This document shows positions 23,952-35,496 of a stretch of 64,000 bases of DNA, in pieces. Position 1 is the stretch's first letter. Each line of letters opens with the position of its first letter. The stretch spans positions 973,083-1,037,082 of the forward strand of contig NW_019217823.1 of assembly GCF_002571385.2 (NCBI RefSeq). Reading direction: 5' to 3'. Under the pieces are notes generated by a model. That model saw only the letters and a program-made list of their open reading frames with translations, had not been told where the DNA came from and made no database searches. The position numbers and the translations under genes are program-made. Source of the DNA: Stylophora pistillata. Its lineage: Eukaryota.

Positions 23952-26556
23952 AAGCGTACGCATTAGCTTGAAATCAAAAGGAAGCTAAAAAATTAAGATT
24001 TGGTAAGGTTTGTCTAATATCTTGGGGGCATTTTTAATAAAACAATTATTCCACTTGCGTTTGTTGGATACGAGATGATTATAGCCAACTTGGCGCTACG
24101 CGCCCCATTGGCTATCTATCATCTCATATCCAACGCCTGCTCGTGGAATAATTGTTAAATTCTGCTTGTACAGAGAAATTAGATGCTGGCCACTCTAAGG
24201 GTGAAATTGTTAGCTTTTCTTTTTGAATAGAGCTTGTCTGAGAGGTGAAGCATCATTTTCTTAGGACTGATTTTACTTATCTATTATTTTTTGCATTCTT
24301 TGATTCATATTTTAGGAGTGAAGTTCTTTCTGTAAAATTAATTTCCTCATAATGTATAGGAAAAAATCGTGCGAAAAAACTTGGGAAAATGGTGTCTCTG
24401 GGAAACAGAATCTTAGTTCATAGAAAATAGATTTGAAAATTTGACATACTACAGTGATGCACTGACTTCAATTTAAAGGAGATCAATGTCTGGAATCTAC
24501 TTCAGTGGAAATCAAATGTTGGGATTTATTCATTGTTGGCATTGTCTCTTCAGGTAAAGAGTTTCTTGGACAGGCAATCAAGGTTGAATTTGCTGAGAAG
24601 AGAGTTCCCAAAGGAGGCTTTGGTGGACGTGGGGGAGGAGGACGAGGTGTGACCTCTTTTGTTATCATTCATTTATTTATATAGTTTGGGGTTGTTGTAA
24701 TAAAACTGTGGTTGTTATATGATAAGTTTTCAATCAAGTATAGAAAATAATACTGGAGTGGTTGTTTTTCATTACTTTTGCTTTCTGATTGGTCCTGGAA
24801 ACAAGCGCTACTCTCTTAACCAGTCATAATCGAGAATAGATCCCGTTGCAAGCAGCAACTTATTTATAGTCTTAGTTCTCATTGGCTCTTTCTAATATTC
24901 CCTTTGCTCTGAATGGCCATTAAGATAACTTTGGTTTTCAACTAAAAGGAAATCTGCCTGCCCCCACACACACTCATTAGTGCCACACTGAAAGCAGATG
25001 ATTGTTGTCAATTTGGCTCAGACTAAAGTCACCCTTACTTCTGTTCTCAAAGACCTTGAGTTATTTTTAGAAAGATAAAACAAAATTTCCAAAGTCATTC
25101 AACTTTTTCACTACACAGGAGGTCCTCGTGGTGGACGTGGTGGTGGTGACAGACGTGGTGGTCGAGATGATCGTGGTGGTGGCGGCGGAGGAGGAGGAAT
25201 GGAAGCTCGTGCTGGGGACTGGGACTGCCCATCGTAAGTGGAGTGTTCTACTTGATGGGCATTTTCAAGACTATGTAACAATTATTCACTGAAGGGGAAG
25301 TGAATGCTGTTGAATAATTCCTAAGGCTTGAGGCAAATAATTGATTTAGTATATTTGCTCATGAGCTTTCAAATTAATTGTTGTAAGTTCCTTAAATGAA
25401 GAAAGTATTGCACATTTTTTGTGCAAGTTTTTGTCTTGCTTCTGGTTGGTTCATAGAGAGATAAGTGGTCAACCTTGTATCTTGTTCAAATTCACAATCA
25501 TTGAATCCAATCTTTTGTGCATGCATTTTGGAAAGCTATTTTTTCTTTAAGTGAGAAAGTTATTCAAAAGGTTATGAATAGATACTCAAGTGGGTTTTTT
25601 GGTTTTGTTGTTTTTGTTTTTCTGGTCAGATGTGGAAACCTGAATTTTGCCAGGAGAGACACTTGCAATCGATGCCAAACACCAAGATCTGGTGATGGTG
25701 GTGGGGACGGTAATTATGTTCAATGTTGATCATGTTTGTGTGTTTTTGTTATCTCCTTGCAGATATTTTTTACAAGTGATAAATTGTCACAGCAGGTGTC
25801 CAAGGTATGATCTGATGTTAATTTCCTTGTCTTTTGCTGCAGGTGGTGGTGGATATGGTGGAAGAAGTGGTGGAGGTGGTAGAGGAGGCTGGGGCGGAGG
25901 CAGAGGTGGAGGCAGAGGTGGGGGACGTGGTGACAGAAGAGGTGGACGAGGTGGTTATGACAGGTAAGATACCGAGTACAGTTTGAAAGAAAATTTCCAC
26001 CTTTGCCCTCGAAAATTAGAATGCATGTTCTCTATACTGTTCACTCAACATTTCCATGCTACAAATAAGGAAAACTTGTTTAAAGATCAAGAGCTTAATA
26101 AATTGGTGATCATTTCTTTTAGAGAGGGGGGGGGGGGTCCTAGGGGTGATACTGTCAAGAGAAATTAGGAGGCTAGTCACAACCAGGGGTTGAAGGGCTA
26201 GGCTGAAAATAATAACCAAATAAATGAAATAAGGAATTGCTTGCCTGCCCTCAGATGGCTGCATTTTGAATTAAGAAGGAGGGAGCTAAATGTTTATCAC
26301 ATGTATTTTTCCTTCCACACACTATTTTTTCTCACACAGCAGTTACAGATGGAAAGTCAAAGAATATTTTGTTCTGAGTGTGATGTGATGTTTTCAATTC
26401 TTCATTCATTCCATGTTTGATTTGAGAGAGAGAAAAGCCACAGATATGCACAAACAGCTTTTGTTTAGATTAAAATCACATTAATTGGGTTTTATTGTTC
26501 TTTTTTGTATTTGCAGACAAGGGATGAGGCAAGAGCGAAGAGACAGACCATATTAA
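15183..26556 (+). CDS. FUS: FET-family RNA-binding protein (FUS/EWSR1/TAF15 / cabeza pro-ortholog), ~434 aa
   Basis: Exons 15183-15198, 15956-16016, 16787-17251, 20297-20349, 22162-22194, 22331-22431, 23379-23441, 23555-23618, 24554-24646, 25119-25233, 25630-25709, 25843-25963 and 26517-26556 (1305 nt, in frame). SYGQ prion-like domain; RRM ([52 protein letters not shown]); RGG boxes; RanBP2 zinc finger [24 protein letters not shown]; C-terminal [20 protein letters not shown] at ~26719. The symbol denotes the family, not 1:1 orthology. Confidence 0.93.
15856..15891. repeat. (CT)n microsatellite
   Basis: About 17 CT units in FET intron 1. Confidence 0.95.
18219..18944 (+). mobile_element. Non-autonomous PIF/Harbinger DNA transposon (internally deleted)
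   Basis: Long TIRs GGCCCCGTCCACACrAAGACGATTGTAAAC at both ends; 3-bp TSD TTG/TTG; subterminal GTCCACAC/GTGTGGAC repeats. Internal remnant [15 protein letters not shown] resembles a Harbinger transposase N-terminus. Confidence 0.88.
19968..20178. mobile_element. piggyBac-like MITE (TTAA family)
   Basis: CCCTTTCACTCCCA...TGGGAGTTAAAGGG inverted termini. Same subfamily as 37470-37677 in the opposite orientation. Confidence 0.7.
22696..22985. mobile_element. hAT-like MITE with internal GTCCTGGA repeats
   Basis: CAGGGTTCGCAC start with a decayed inverted end GTATGAACCTT; multiple AAGTCCTGGA subterminal repeats. Confidence 0.6.
23851..24158. mobile_element. Hairpin-ended (Crypton-like) non-autonomous repeat nested in a TTAA MITE (23729-24211)
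   Basis: ~120-bp imperfect palindrome at 24040-24158 (AACAATTATTCCAC..GTGGAATAATTGTT). Left end TTTATTAAAAA is inverted to TTTTTAATAAA next to the hairpin. The flanks are two halves of the TTAA MITE. Partial copy at 57566-57634. Confidence 0.65.
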
Positions 26557-28009
26557 TCGAGTTACCATTTATTATCTACTAGTGGAACCTCTAGAAGATC
26601 ACATCATGTCATCAAACATGAACCTTCCATTTGAAAACTTATTGCACTGCAATGTTGACTATGTTGTTTGTAAATTATTTGTTTTGTATGGAGAAGTACT
26701 GTAAGATTTCGTCGTTGAAATAAAGTTGTGTGCTGCACTTTTCTCTGAGCAATTTTTTATGCTGTTTTTATCTTAATATGTGGAAAATCTTGCGATTTAA
26801 AAGTTGTTTCTTTACTTGTTTAGGCTAAATTATGCCTCACTAAAAGAGTAGCCAAAATTAATCATTAAAAACCCTCAGCTGTGTTACTCTAATCTGATGA
26901 AAATAATATGCAGAATTTCAGTTTGTGCATTTGTAAAAGCACCTTAAAGCTTTCTGACATCTTAGCCCTGGCCCTTTTACTGACCTTAACTTGTGCACAA
27001 TGTATGGAATTCAGTATGTTACCCCTGGTATTAGGGGTAACATATGGTGTGGTGGCTGGTTACAGTTTGTTCCAATCTGGATTGTCTTCACAACTCTACC
27101 TGGTGTCATTTTAGGCTTTTCAGTCACTTCTGTGAGGGTGAGCCATGTCTGCAGGGAATTTGGGTCAGCACAGAACAGCAGTAAACAGAATAATCTTCAA
27201 CATGTGCATGTTCATTGAACAATGAAAAGTTAAAAGTCACACAGCTCACTGTACCAATGATTGTTTCAAAGTTTTTAATACATGGTTGAATATTGCTATT
27301 TACAATAATGAATTTCTTTGGCTAAGTAAAGATATGCATGCTGACCTTGAGTATTGGGGAATGAGAGAAAATTACAAAGGAGGAAAAGTATTTAAATTAA
27401 ACTGACAGAAGAACCACTTCCTTCTGTTTATGTGTGGTACGCAATGTTTCCTAAGCTTACAGGGTACTACATCTAACAAAATGATAGACAACTTGGTAGT
27501 GAACTTGCAAAGATTTACACCAGTTAATAAAATTTACTGAAGCCAAGGATGGATTGGAGTTACAGTGTAATAATCTGCTGATTCCAAGGGAGACGCTTTC
27601 CTTTCTTCATCTACATTGATAAGGTTTACAAATAAATATTTGTGACACTCACAAACAGCACCTCTGTTACCATGTATAATTTGCAAAGAAGTAATCTATT
27701 AAGACTCATTTTGACTGTGAATTTCCACCAAAGAAATTGGATTTCTGAGGCAAGATCACTTACTCCAAACAAATTTGTTTTAAAAACCCTTGCAAAACAA
27801 ACTCAATGAAAATTTTCCTGATTTGTTGTTGTTGTTGTTGTTGTTGCTTAATCTTTTACCAATGGTGTTGTTTTATACACATGAAAAGTTTCTCTGATGT
27901 CACTTTATTATCAAAGTAAACAATACCATTTAAGGGTTATGAACTGCTGACAAAAATTATTAATAGTAATTGTCAATAAAAAGGACCCTGAGTTTCCTTA
28001 GAATGAGTG

Positions 28010-31000
28010 TTACGTATTGGAATGATTCGTTGAAGGGCCGGAACTCGTACTATTATTACTGCTGCTGGCATTTTTCTTCTTGAGATGAAATTTCCCTTTC
28101 ATCAGTGAGGAAATGTAAATTCGCACTTTGGTGTTGTCTGTTTTCTTAATCCATATCTATAACCACAAGAGAAAATATAGTACTTCAATAGATAATATAT
28201 ACATCTTATTAGCCAAGCGCGAGGGCCGTACTTGGAGAATATCGGCGCGAGGTCTTGACAGTACGGACTGAGCTCAGCGAGGTCCGTACAAAAAAGACCG
28301 AGGGCCGATATTCTTCCAGTACGATCCTGAGCAAGCTTGGTTAATAAGAGATTTATTATACGACTGAAGTTCAAAGGGACACAAGTGCGGTATCATTCGG
28401 GACCATTCAGGACAGTGCCCGGTCCAATACTTAGAGAATATTGGACCGGCAATGGAGCATTTTGATTGGTTGATTTTAGTTATTGGCCCTCTGACTGCCC
28501 GAGTAGTGTAATAATGTATGATAAATTCATGGTAGAATGAGAGACTCGATTATCAGGATTACTGAGGTATGCAGGCAGTGCTGTTATTTCAATGAAACCT
28601 TATATTTTTACATAGGATTTATATCCATGGCATCACTATAAGGTATGAGTTAAAAATCACCATCCGAAAAAAAAGGTTTGGAATGTGATGTTTTCCCCTC
28701 TAGCTTTGCATATTAATTAACCAGTGAAGTTAGAGCTTTCATATTTGATTGATGTCCAAAAAATGTAGTTCATCTTACCTCTGACTGGCCAATAGAATGA
28801 AGGGATCCACTGAAAAAAAAAAAAGAAAATGTTTCAATTACTAAAATGAAAAAAGATGGCTTTTTGGAAAGTAATAGCAATCTGATTGCCATAAATTTGT
28901 ATTAAAAAAAAGAAACAACAGCAACAATTAATTATGTGGATGCTGTGGTCAACAAGTGTATGAAATCTCACCTATATCTTCCATTTTCTCTTGTTTCTAC
29001 AACAACGCTGCACCCTTTGTTGAACCTAATAACAATAGAGATAATACTTCTTTACAGAAGAGTACTAAAACTGAAAAAAAAAACTACAACAAGCAATCAG
29101 CTGCACTATCTACACATGTTTTAGAGCATGGTGCTCAAAGTACATTTTAATCCTCTTTGGAGGTTATAAGTCTTTTCCAATTAAAATAATTCCAGAGTAG
29201 TTCATTTAGCTGTCTATTGAGCTGTAACAATAACATGCACATTAAGTTCAAGAGCTATATAGTTACCATTTTTTGTCATAAAGGAGCCTTCCATCCTCAG
29301 AGCGGACCTCAACTGGGTATGAGATTTCTGAATGAGAACCATTTCCTAAAGATATTTTAGAACAAAATTACTGAGAATATTTTACCTAAACTGAGCTCAC
29401 TCTAGGAGCTTTCATATGAGCCTAGTAAGGAGTTTGGTCTGATTGATGGAGAGAATTTTGTCTTATTCTTAAATAATAATTTGTCTGTGGTAAGTAAGCT
29501 GTGTTTTCAGCTCATGCTACATGTACGACCTCACTTTCTGGTACGACCACATCAAATGAATGGTGAAGTGGACCAGCCATTCGTCACGTAAAACTTTACA
29601 CCTGTTCACACATTGGGATACTAAAGAAGGAAACTGATGCAATCTTTGGAAAAAGACAAGTACTACATGTGAGTAATTCTTTCATAGAGATACCTGAAGA
29701 TATCTTAAGGCGGCTTGATCCTGTTTTATTCTGTGACTGGCCTTGTGAGGATGTTACCTAGAATACATTTTAGAGATTATGAATGTTTGTAAATGCCATT
29801 TTCAATTTTTATCCACATCCAAGATTGATTGGTTTTTATAACACAACAGCTCATTCACTACAAGATCAGGACTTTTCCTCTTTATTTTAACAAACTATGA
29901 AAGAGTTGTTCACTGTTGGTAAAGATTCAAAGCTAAACTAAGAGAATTACAGAGTTTTGGAGACATGTAACCACAAAGCCTGTAAAAACACCATTTGGAA
30001 GCATAGCAAAAAGGTGCATGCATCAATTGTGTTATCACACTCAAAAACACTTCATCACCTCTCCTGGAAGAGAGACCAACTTGTTCAGAGCTTTCAAGTC
30101 GTCCATGATATCTTCTTCATCCAGCATGTAATTTATCTGGGGTGGGGTTGGTTAAGATCAACGTAACAACATAGAACTTACATGAAACACAGATAAATAG
30201 GGCTTTCATTATGACATGTACATGTTCCCAGTCAGAATAAAAAATAGCTCAAGCCATGAACCCTTTTACACCCTAACGTCACTAAAGATGTACATTCTCC
30301 TATTCACTAGAATTTTCCTTGGGCACCCACAAGGAGGATTTGTTCAACAATGAAGAGTTTTTTTACTTGGCAGCCATTTCCTTTATTCTCGTGGCCTTGA
30401 TGTTTGATTTAGGGGTGAGATTGTAGGGAGAAATAAGATGCTAATCATTCCAATGGGTTGGGAGGTTAAGACTAGGGAATTCTCCTTGACCACCCTAGAA
30501 TTTTCTGATCTGAAATGCCTGCACACACCCTGGCAAAGTGATTCCTTGTCTCTCACTGTTTGTTCATGTCCTACTGAAGCACTTATCAAATGCTGACATG
30601 ATTTTTTGCACCTGATAACAAAAAAACAAAATCTTCAATAACTGAACTGTGGGGCAATGAATTCATAAGGATATGAGAAGTCTTTCTTCTTTTTTCAGGT
30701 GCAGGTAATGGGTCATTTGGTCTTCTTCTCAGTTTTCGTGTGACAGCAGGTTTCACTTCCACTGAATCTATCAAAATATAAGACTTGTCAGTCATGCAAT
30801 GTTCCCCCCATACAACAATGCAATGTTGAAATCAGAGAAAAGAAATTATTGGTAAAAAGTAATTTAATGCTGGTGGAAATCACCATAAGCCAGCTTTTAT
30901 TGGTGGCTAGCAACTGTTTTAACAAACTTATCTGTTTTTTTTTTTTTTTTTAATATAGGATGCTACAAAACCAGAGAGCTTGACAGCAAAACTAGCTCCT

Positions 31001-34000
31001 TTATGAAAAACTTGTAACAGGGAAACCTGTAAAAATGAAAACTCATGAGCTGTAACTTTTTAGGTTACTTTATTCGATGCAATGCTTCCTTCTGTTGCTA
31101 CACTTCTACACACCAAAAAAAAAAATATTTTCTCATTGGTTAAATGCTTTGAATAATGAAATCTTCTGCAATGATTTGTTTTGAAAAAAACACCTTAAGT
31201 TAACTAACCTCCTGTGAGCTCCATGGATGACCTCTCTGTCTCTATCACCTTTTTCTTCTCTTGAAGTTCATTTAGGAGTGTCTCTTTGAGTTCAACTTTC
31301 TTTTGCTAATTTAACAAGGAAGAAAAACACATAACAAAAAAAAAATAATAATTACTTATCTCTTAATAACCACAACAGCTACAACCTTAAATGGAACCAT
31401 GTAGTCTTGCTAAGTATATTTTCATTTCAATAACCTCAACATTTCTCTTCAACTAGGTTAGGCCTGTTTGGGATTAGATCAAACCAACATACCAAAGCCA
31501 GTGATCTTCATCATTTGGATTACCTGATAACTTGTTGATCTACTGTACATGTACAAATATGTACAAATTATGTATTAAGTTGTACAAATCATACTTTATT
31601 TCCTAGAAGGCACATTTTTCTGCAGAGTAGTTTAACTAAGCTGTATGAATGGTGTAGTGTTCCTGTGGTGAAAGATTGTAGTGTTGTACAAAAGATAATT
31701 GTTAAAAAACAAAAAAATAAACAGATAAATATAATTAAAATAATTATAATCACACACAAAAATAGGACAGAACATCCCCATAACTGACAGGCAGCCCTTA
31801 CTTCATACTCCTCTTGTGCTGCTTTCTGTTCACGGATGTATTCCTTCTCCACAAGCTCAATCTGAATGCAGGAATATCACCATATTGAAAACAAAAACCT
31901 CACTAAAATTAACTTTCAACACACTTTAAAACACGCCTACTACAAAAAAAACAAAAAAAAAAATGGTGATGAATGATACTTTCTTAGCTTCGACAATCAA
32001 AATTTTGCAAAAATGCAAGAATATCACTATTACAATCAATTATAGCTTGGCTTCATTTTTTTACAACTATAGCAAAGGAAAAAGGGACCTAAAGTAATAT
32101 TGTGACCACAATCAGTTATAATTGTGAAATCAGACAGTGCTCACATATAACTTTTACTTTCTCTATATTTTTAAAAAAATTGGACAGACAAGGTATGTCA
32201 TTTGTGAATTGGATATAAAACTAAATAACTATACAGAATATTAATTAAAGCAAGCAGTTTAAAGTTTAAAACATAATTTGCATGGTGGCAAATGAAGACG
32301 AAATGAAGAGAAAAGCTTTTAATTCTGAAATAAAAAGAAATTTATCACTGGGTGCCACATTCGGTTGATAACCCTAACATCCAGTCCATACCTCATACTT
32401 CCTACAGATTTCTGCAAATTGAAGAGAAAATAAGAAAAGAATCAACCAAAAACATTAATTTTTGAAATGAAATGTAATCCAAACTTGTACTGTAATGCAC
32501 ATGTATAATAACATTACTATTAATTACCAGTAAACAGTTGAAAATTAAAAGAAATGTTTTTAATACTTTACCTGCAATGAGAAGTCTCTCTGTTCTTACC
32601 AAATCAAGTTTATTCAGCCTTTTAGTGTAGTCAGAATGTTTACCTACAAAGAATGGAAATCTCTATTTCACAGAAAAGTTTTCACTACCACAAATACAAA
32701 CTTGTGGTCAATTAACCCTTCAACCCCTAAAATTGATAGAGCATCTAATTTCTCCTTACAGTAGAACAGCAGAATAATTCATTAAGAGAATCAAGGAAAC
32801 CAAAAAAGCTTTGATTGTCATGCAAATTCTCCTGGTCAGCACAAAAGGAAATATACTGAGAGTAGTATGAAGAATATGGATACTATGTTAAGGAGTGAAG
32901 GATTGAGTCAACTACATATAACAGTAAAATTCATTTTACTTTTTAGTTCAAAAGCAAATTTAAAAGCAGTGCTTGTCTTCATACCACTGTTCAAATTCTG
33001 TAGCTGTTGTTTGAAATCCTGTAACTTTTCTTGATACATTCTGAAATATTAACAAACATATAAATAAATTTACTTTACCAAGCATATTTTGTGAAAAAAA
33101 AAAAACAAAAAAAAAACTGTTTGTCTCAATCACATGTCAGCTTAATCTACAGTGGATAAGACAACTTGTCCAAAGGCAATTTCTCTAACTTTTTATCCTC
33201 TAGCAAGGAACACTTACTGTTCTTTCATTTCTGTAAACTCCTCTTCAAGCTTTGCCATATCAGTTTCACTTGCATCTTCTGTATCTAAAGTTCAATTAGA
33301 TGAAATTTTTAATCATACTTTGTTGCATGGGTACAGCATGCCACATGGATTTCTCAGCTTCATACTTTCAAATTTTAATCTATATTCTCTTTAGCATACA
33401 GTATATCAGGGATTGATAGCTGGATAAATATTTTCACATTTTCAAGCACTAAAAAAATATTACCAGAGTCTTATCAAAGATCACAAATATCCTGATTAAT
33501 CAAAGCCCATAAACCAAATATCTAATTGAACAATTTTTTCTCTAACCATTGCTGTAGGAATCAATCTCTCATACTGTCAAAGCATAAAGATAGAACGTCT
33601 TTCTTAAAAGGGTAAAGTTCAAGTGTTTTTGGGTTAAGAAGCTTATCTGAAAAAAATATACCTGAAACTCGCATACACAAGTCTCCAAAATTTCATGCAG
33701 ACACCTTTGCTAGCTCTGCGTACAATAAAAAGCTATGCTCACTAAAACTCCACATTCATCCACTATCGGGCTATGTAAATCAAGAGTCTCTTAAGTATGA
33801 TGCATGAAACATGAAACGCTACATACTTTGCAACTTTACATGTAAACATCGTCCATGCACTGCTGAGTTCCACAAGAAAAACAAACTACCCATTTTCCAA
33901 CCAGTCTTTACAAATTGTTGCAACATCAATAGAGAAATTATACCTTCATCTGATTCATTCATATGGAAAAACCCCCTATCTTCTTCATCATCGTAGACAT

Positions 34001-34049
34001 CAGAACGGTTGTCATCAAAGCTCGCCTCTCGATTGAACACTGCCGCCAT
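28010..34049 (-). CDS. SUDS3: Sin3 histone deacetylase corepressor component SDS3, ~342 aa
   Basis: Exons 34049-33944, 33284-33218, 33040-32985, 32643-32572, 32411-32392, 31861-31802, 31305-31209, 30767-30675, 30141-30059 (donor less certain), 29757-29694, 29345-29267, 29025-28972, 28809-28779 and 28156-28010 (1029 nt, in frame). [92 protein letters not shown]. Confidence 0.93.
28196..28514. mobile_element. Hairpin-ended (Crypton-like) repeat
   Basis: ~150-bp imperfect palindrome TCTTATTAGCCAAGC..GTACGGAC..GTCCGTAC..GCTTGGTTAATAAGA. Adjacent TTATTATACGAC is inverted to the right end GTAGTGTAATAA. Confidence 0.6.
29503..29594 (-). ncRNA. Candidate intronic box C/D snoRNA in SUDS3
   Basis: Sense to the host: GTTTTAC-GTGACGA (box C variant)...TTGA (D'?)...CTGA (box D)-AAAC, short terminal stem, ~90 nt. 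No target recognised. Confidence 0.35.
30142..30674 (-). other. U12-type AT-AC intron of SUDS3
   Basis: 5' site ATATCCTTA; branch TCTTAAC ~10 nt before terminal AC. Splicing restores KRRKTS-P-QINYMLDEEDIMDDLKALNK. Confidence 0.9.
30258..30470. mobile_element. piggyBac-like MITE (TTAA family)
   Basis: AACCCTTTTACACCCTAAC...GGTTAA with the same internal blocks as 11772-11983. Confidence 0.7.
32712..32905. mobile_element. piggyBac-like MITE (TTAA family)
   Basis: TTAACCCTTCAACCCCTAA..CATCTAATTTCTCCTTACA..AAATTCTCC..GTCAGCAC; opposite orientation to 11772. Confidence 0.7.
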
Positions 34050-35379
34050 TTTTTTTATCCTTCCCGAAGTCCGTGGTGCGCAGGCTTGATTACCAAATAC
34101 GCTGTCCTCTGATGAATCGCTCCGAGGGCTCACGCTTCTTCCAGACTGCAACAAAAGAAAAACAATTTTTTTAAACTCGATACACTTAACTCTGTCTAGG
34201 TGTTACTGATGAAAAATTCCAGAGATCTTTTGAATTGTCCCCTAAAAACTGTTTTATACAGTTTTTTTAATAATTTCCCGAGGAGCGGGTACCCGCCAGA
34301 AATTTCCTTCGAGTTCGATCTTGCGTCCTCCTCCGACGCAAAAGCATATACGCGCGCAGCTCAGAGGATGAGTCACAGCTGATTTTTGAACACCAGGAAA
34401 CGAAAATCGCTCGCAAAAAATTACTCCTGAACAAATGTGCTCCAAATATTAGACATCTTCGGTTAACATTTTGTTCCCGTTCTTGAAATCAGCTCAAAGT
34501 TGTAAGTTTAGAAGCCAGCAGAAAAGTCTTGAGAGTGGTCGATGTACAAAATCGACAAGATAAGTATTAACTCTGCGCTGGGCAAACCCACAAGACTCCT
34601 GAATACCTTGACGTAAAATGTCAAATAAAAATCGATCCTATGCCTGATGCAACAAAATTTTTGATCGATAAAAAAATTTTCTTTTACTTTAAAGGGATAT
34701 TACCGAGAAACTGCCTGCACATTTTGGTCTTAAGACCCTCCTATCTACATGCATAAAAGATCGACGCGAGTAGCAACACTTCCGAGCAAATTACTTCGAC
34801 TGATGTGTCTTAACCAAAGATAAGTAATATTGCACTATTTACAAGATTTGAAAATTTCAATGAAATTCGAACCATAGGTAAATATGACAGAAGCGCCTTA
34901 CTTTCATCGCGCACTACACCGGCTTGATAAAGAAGGGAAGGAATAAGACAACATTAACTATTTCGTCCCACGCAAAGATCCTCAAAAATTAGAAAAACAG
35001 GCTGGTCGTTCGGTTAACGCAGATTAAAACTTGGGTGAAAACTGTAATTGTAAGTCACCTTTTTTCCCTTGCCTCCAAGTTTGCTTTTTCCTTTGACAGT
35101 ATTCGCAGTTGACCTTTTTCTACGCATTTTCTTGTGGGATTTTGTGCCTTCGACTCCTTTCAACTTGGGCATCTCGCTGTCTGAGAGCAAAGCCAGAAAG
35201 ACTCTTCGTTTCCTTTATCCAGGCCAAGGGAAAAATTTAGTCGAGTCGATATACTCGGGAGAATCCACTGGGAGACAGAGACTAATAGCGTAAAAGGGTA
35301 GAAAACCTTAGGTGAAGATTCAGTTCAGATCAGTCCGCGAGTGAAAATTGTTGGTTACATTTCCTGCAACTATTTTTAG

Positions 35380-35496
35380 AGGAAAGCCGTTGATTGGCTC
35401 CTTGTTTTCGATTTACTTCCGGTTTCTTCCTTATGCCGAGTGACCACGCCAATTTGAAGGTTGGTACTTCCATACGCGACACTTACGGGAGTCAGG
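35380..35496 (+). promoter_or_regulatory. VPS29 proximal promoter / 5' UTR (divergent from SUDS3)
   Basis: CCAAT box (ATTGG, ~35393) and ETS motif ACTTCCGG (~35415) just upstream of the ATG; CpG-enriched. Confidence 0.5.
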
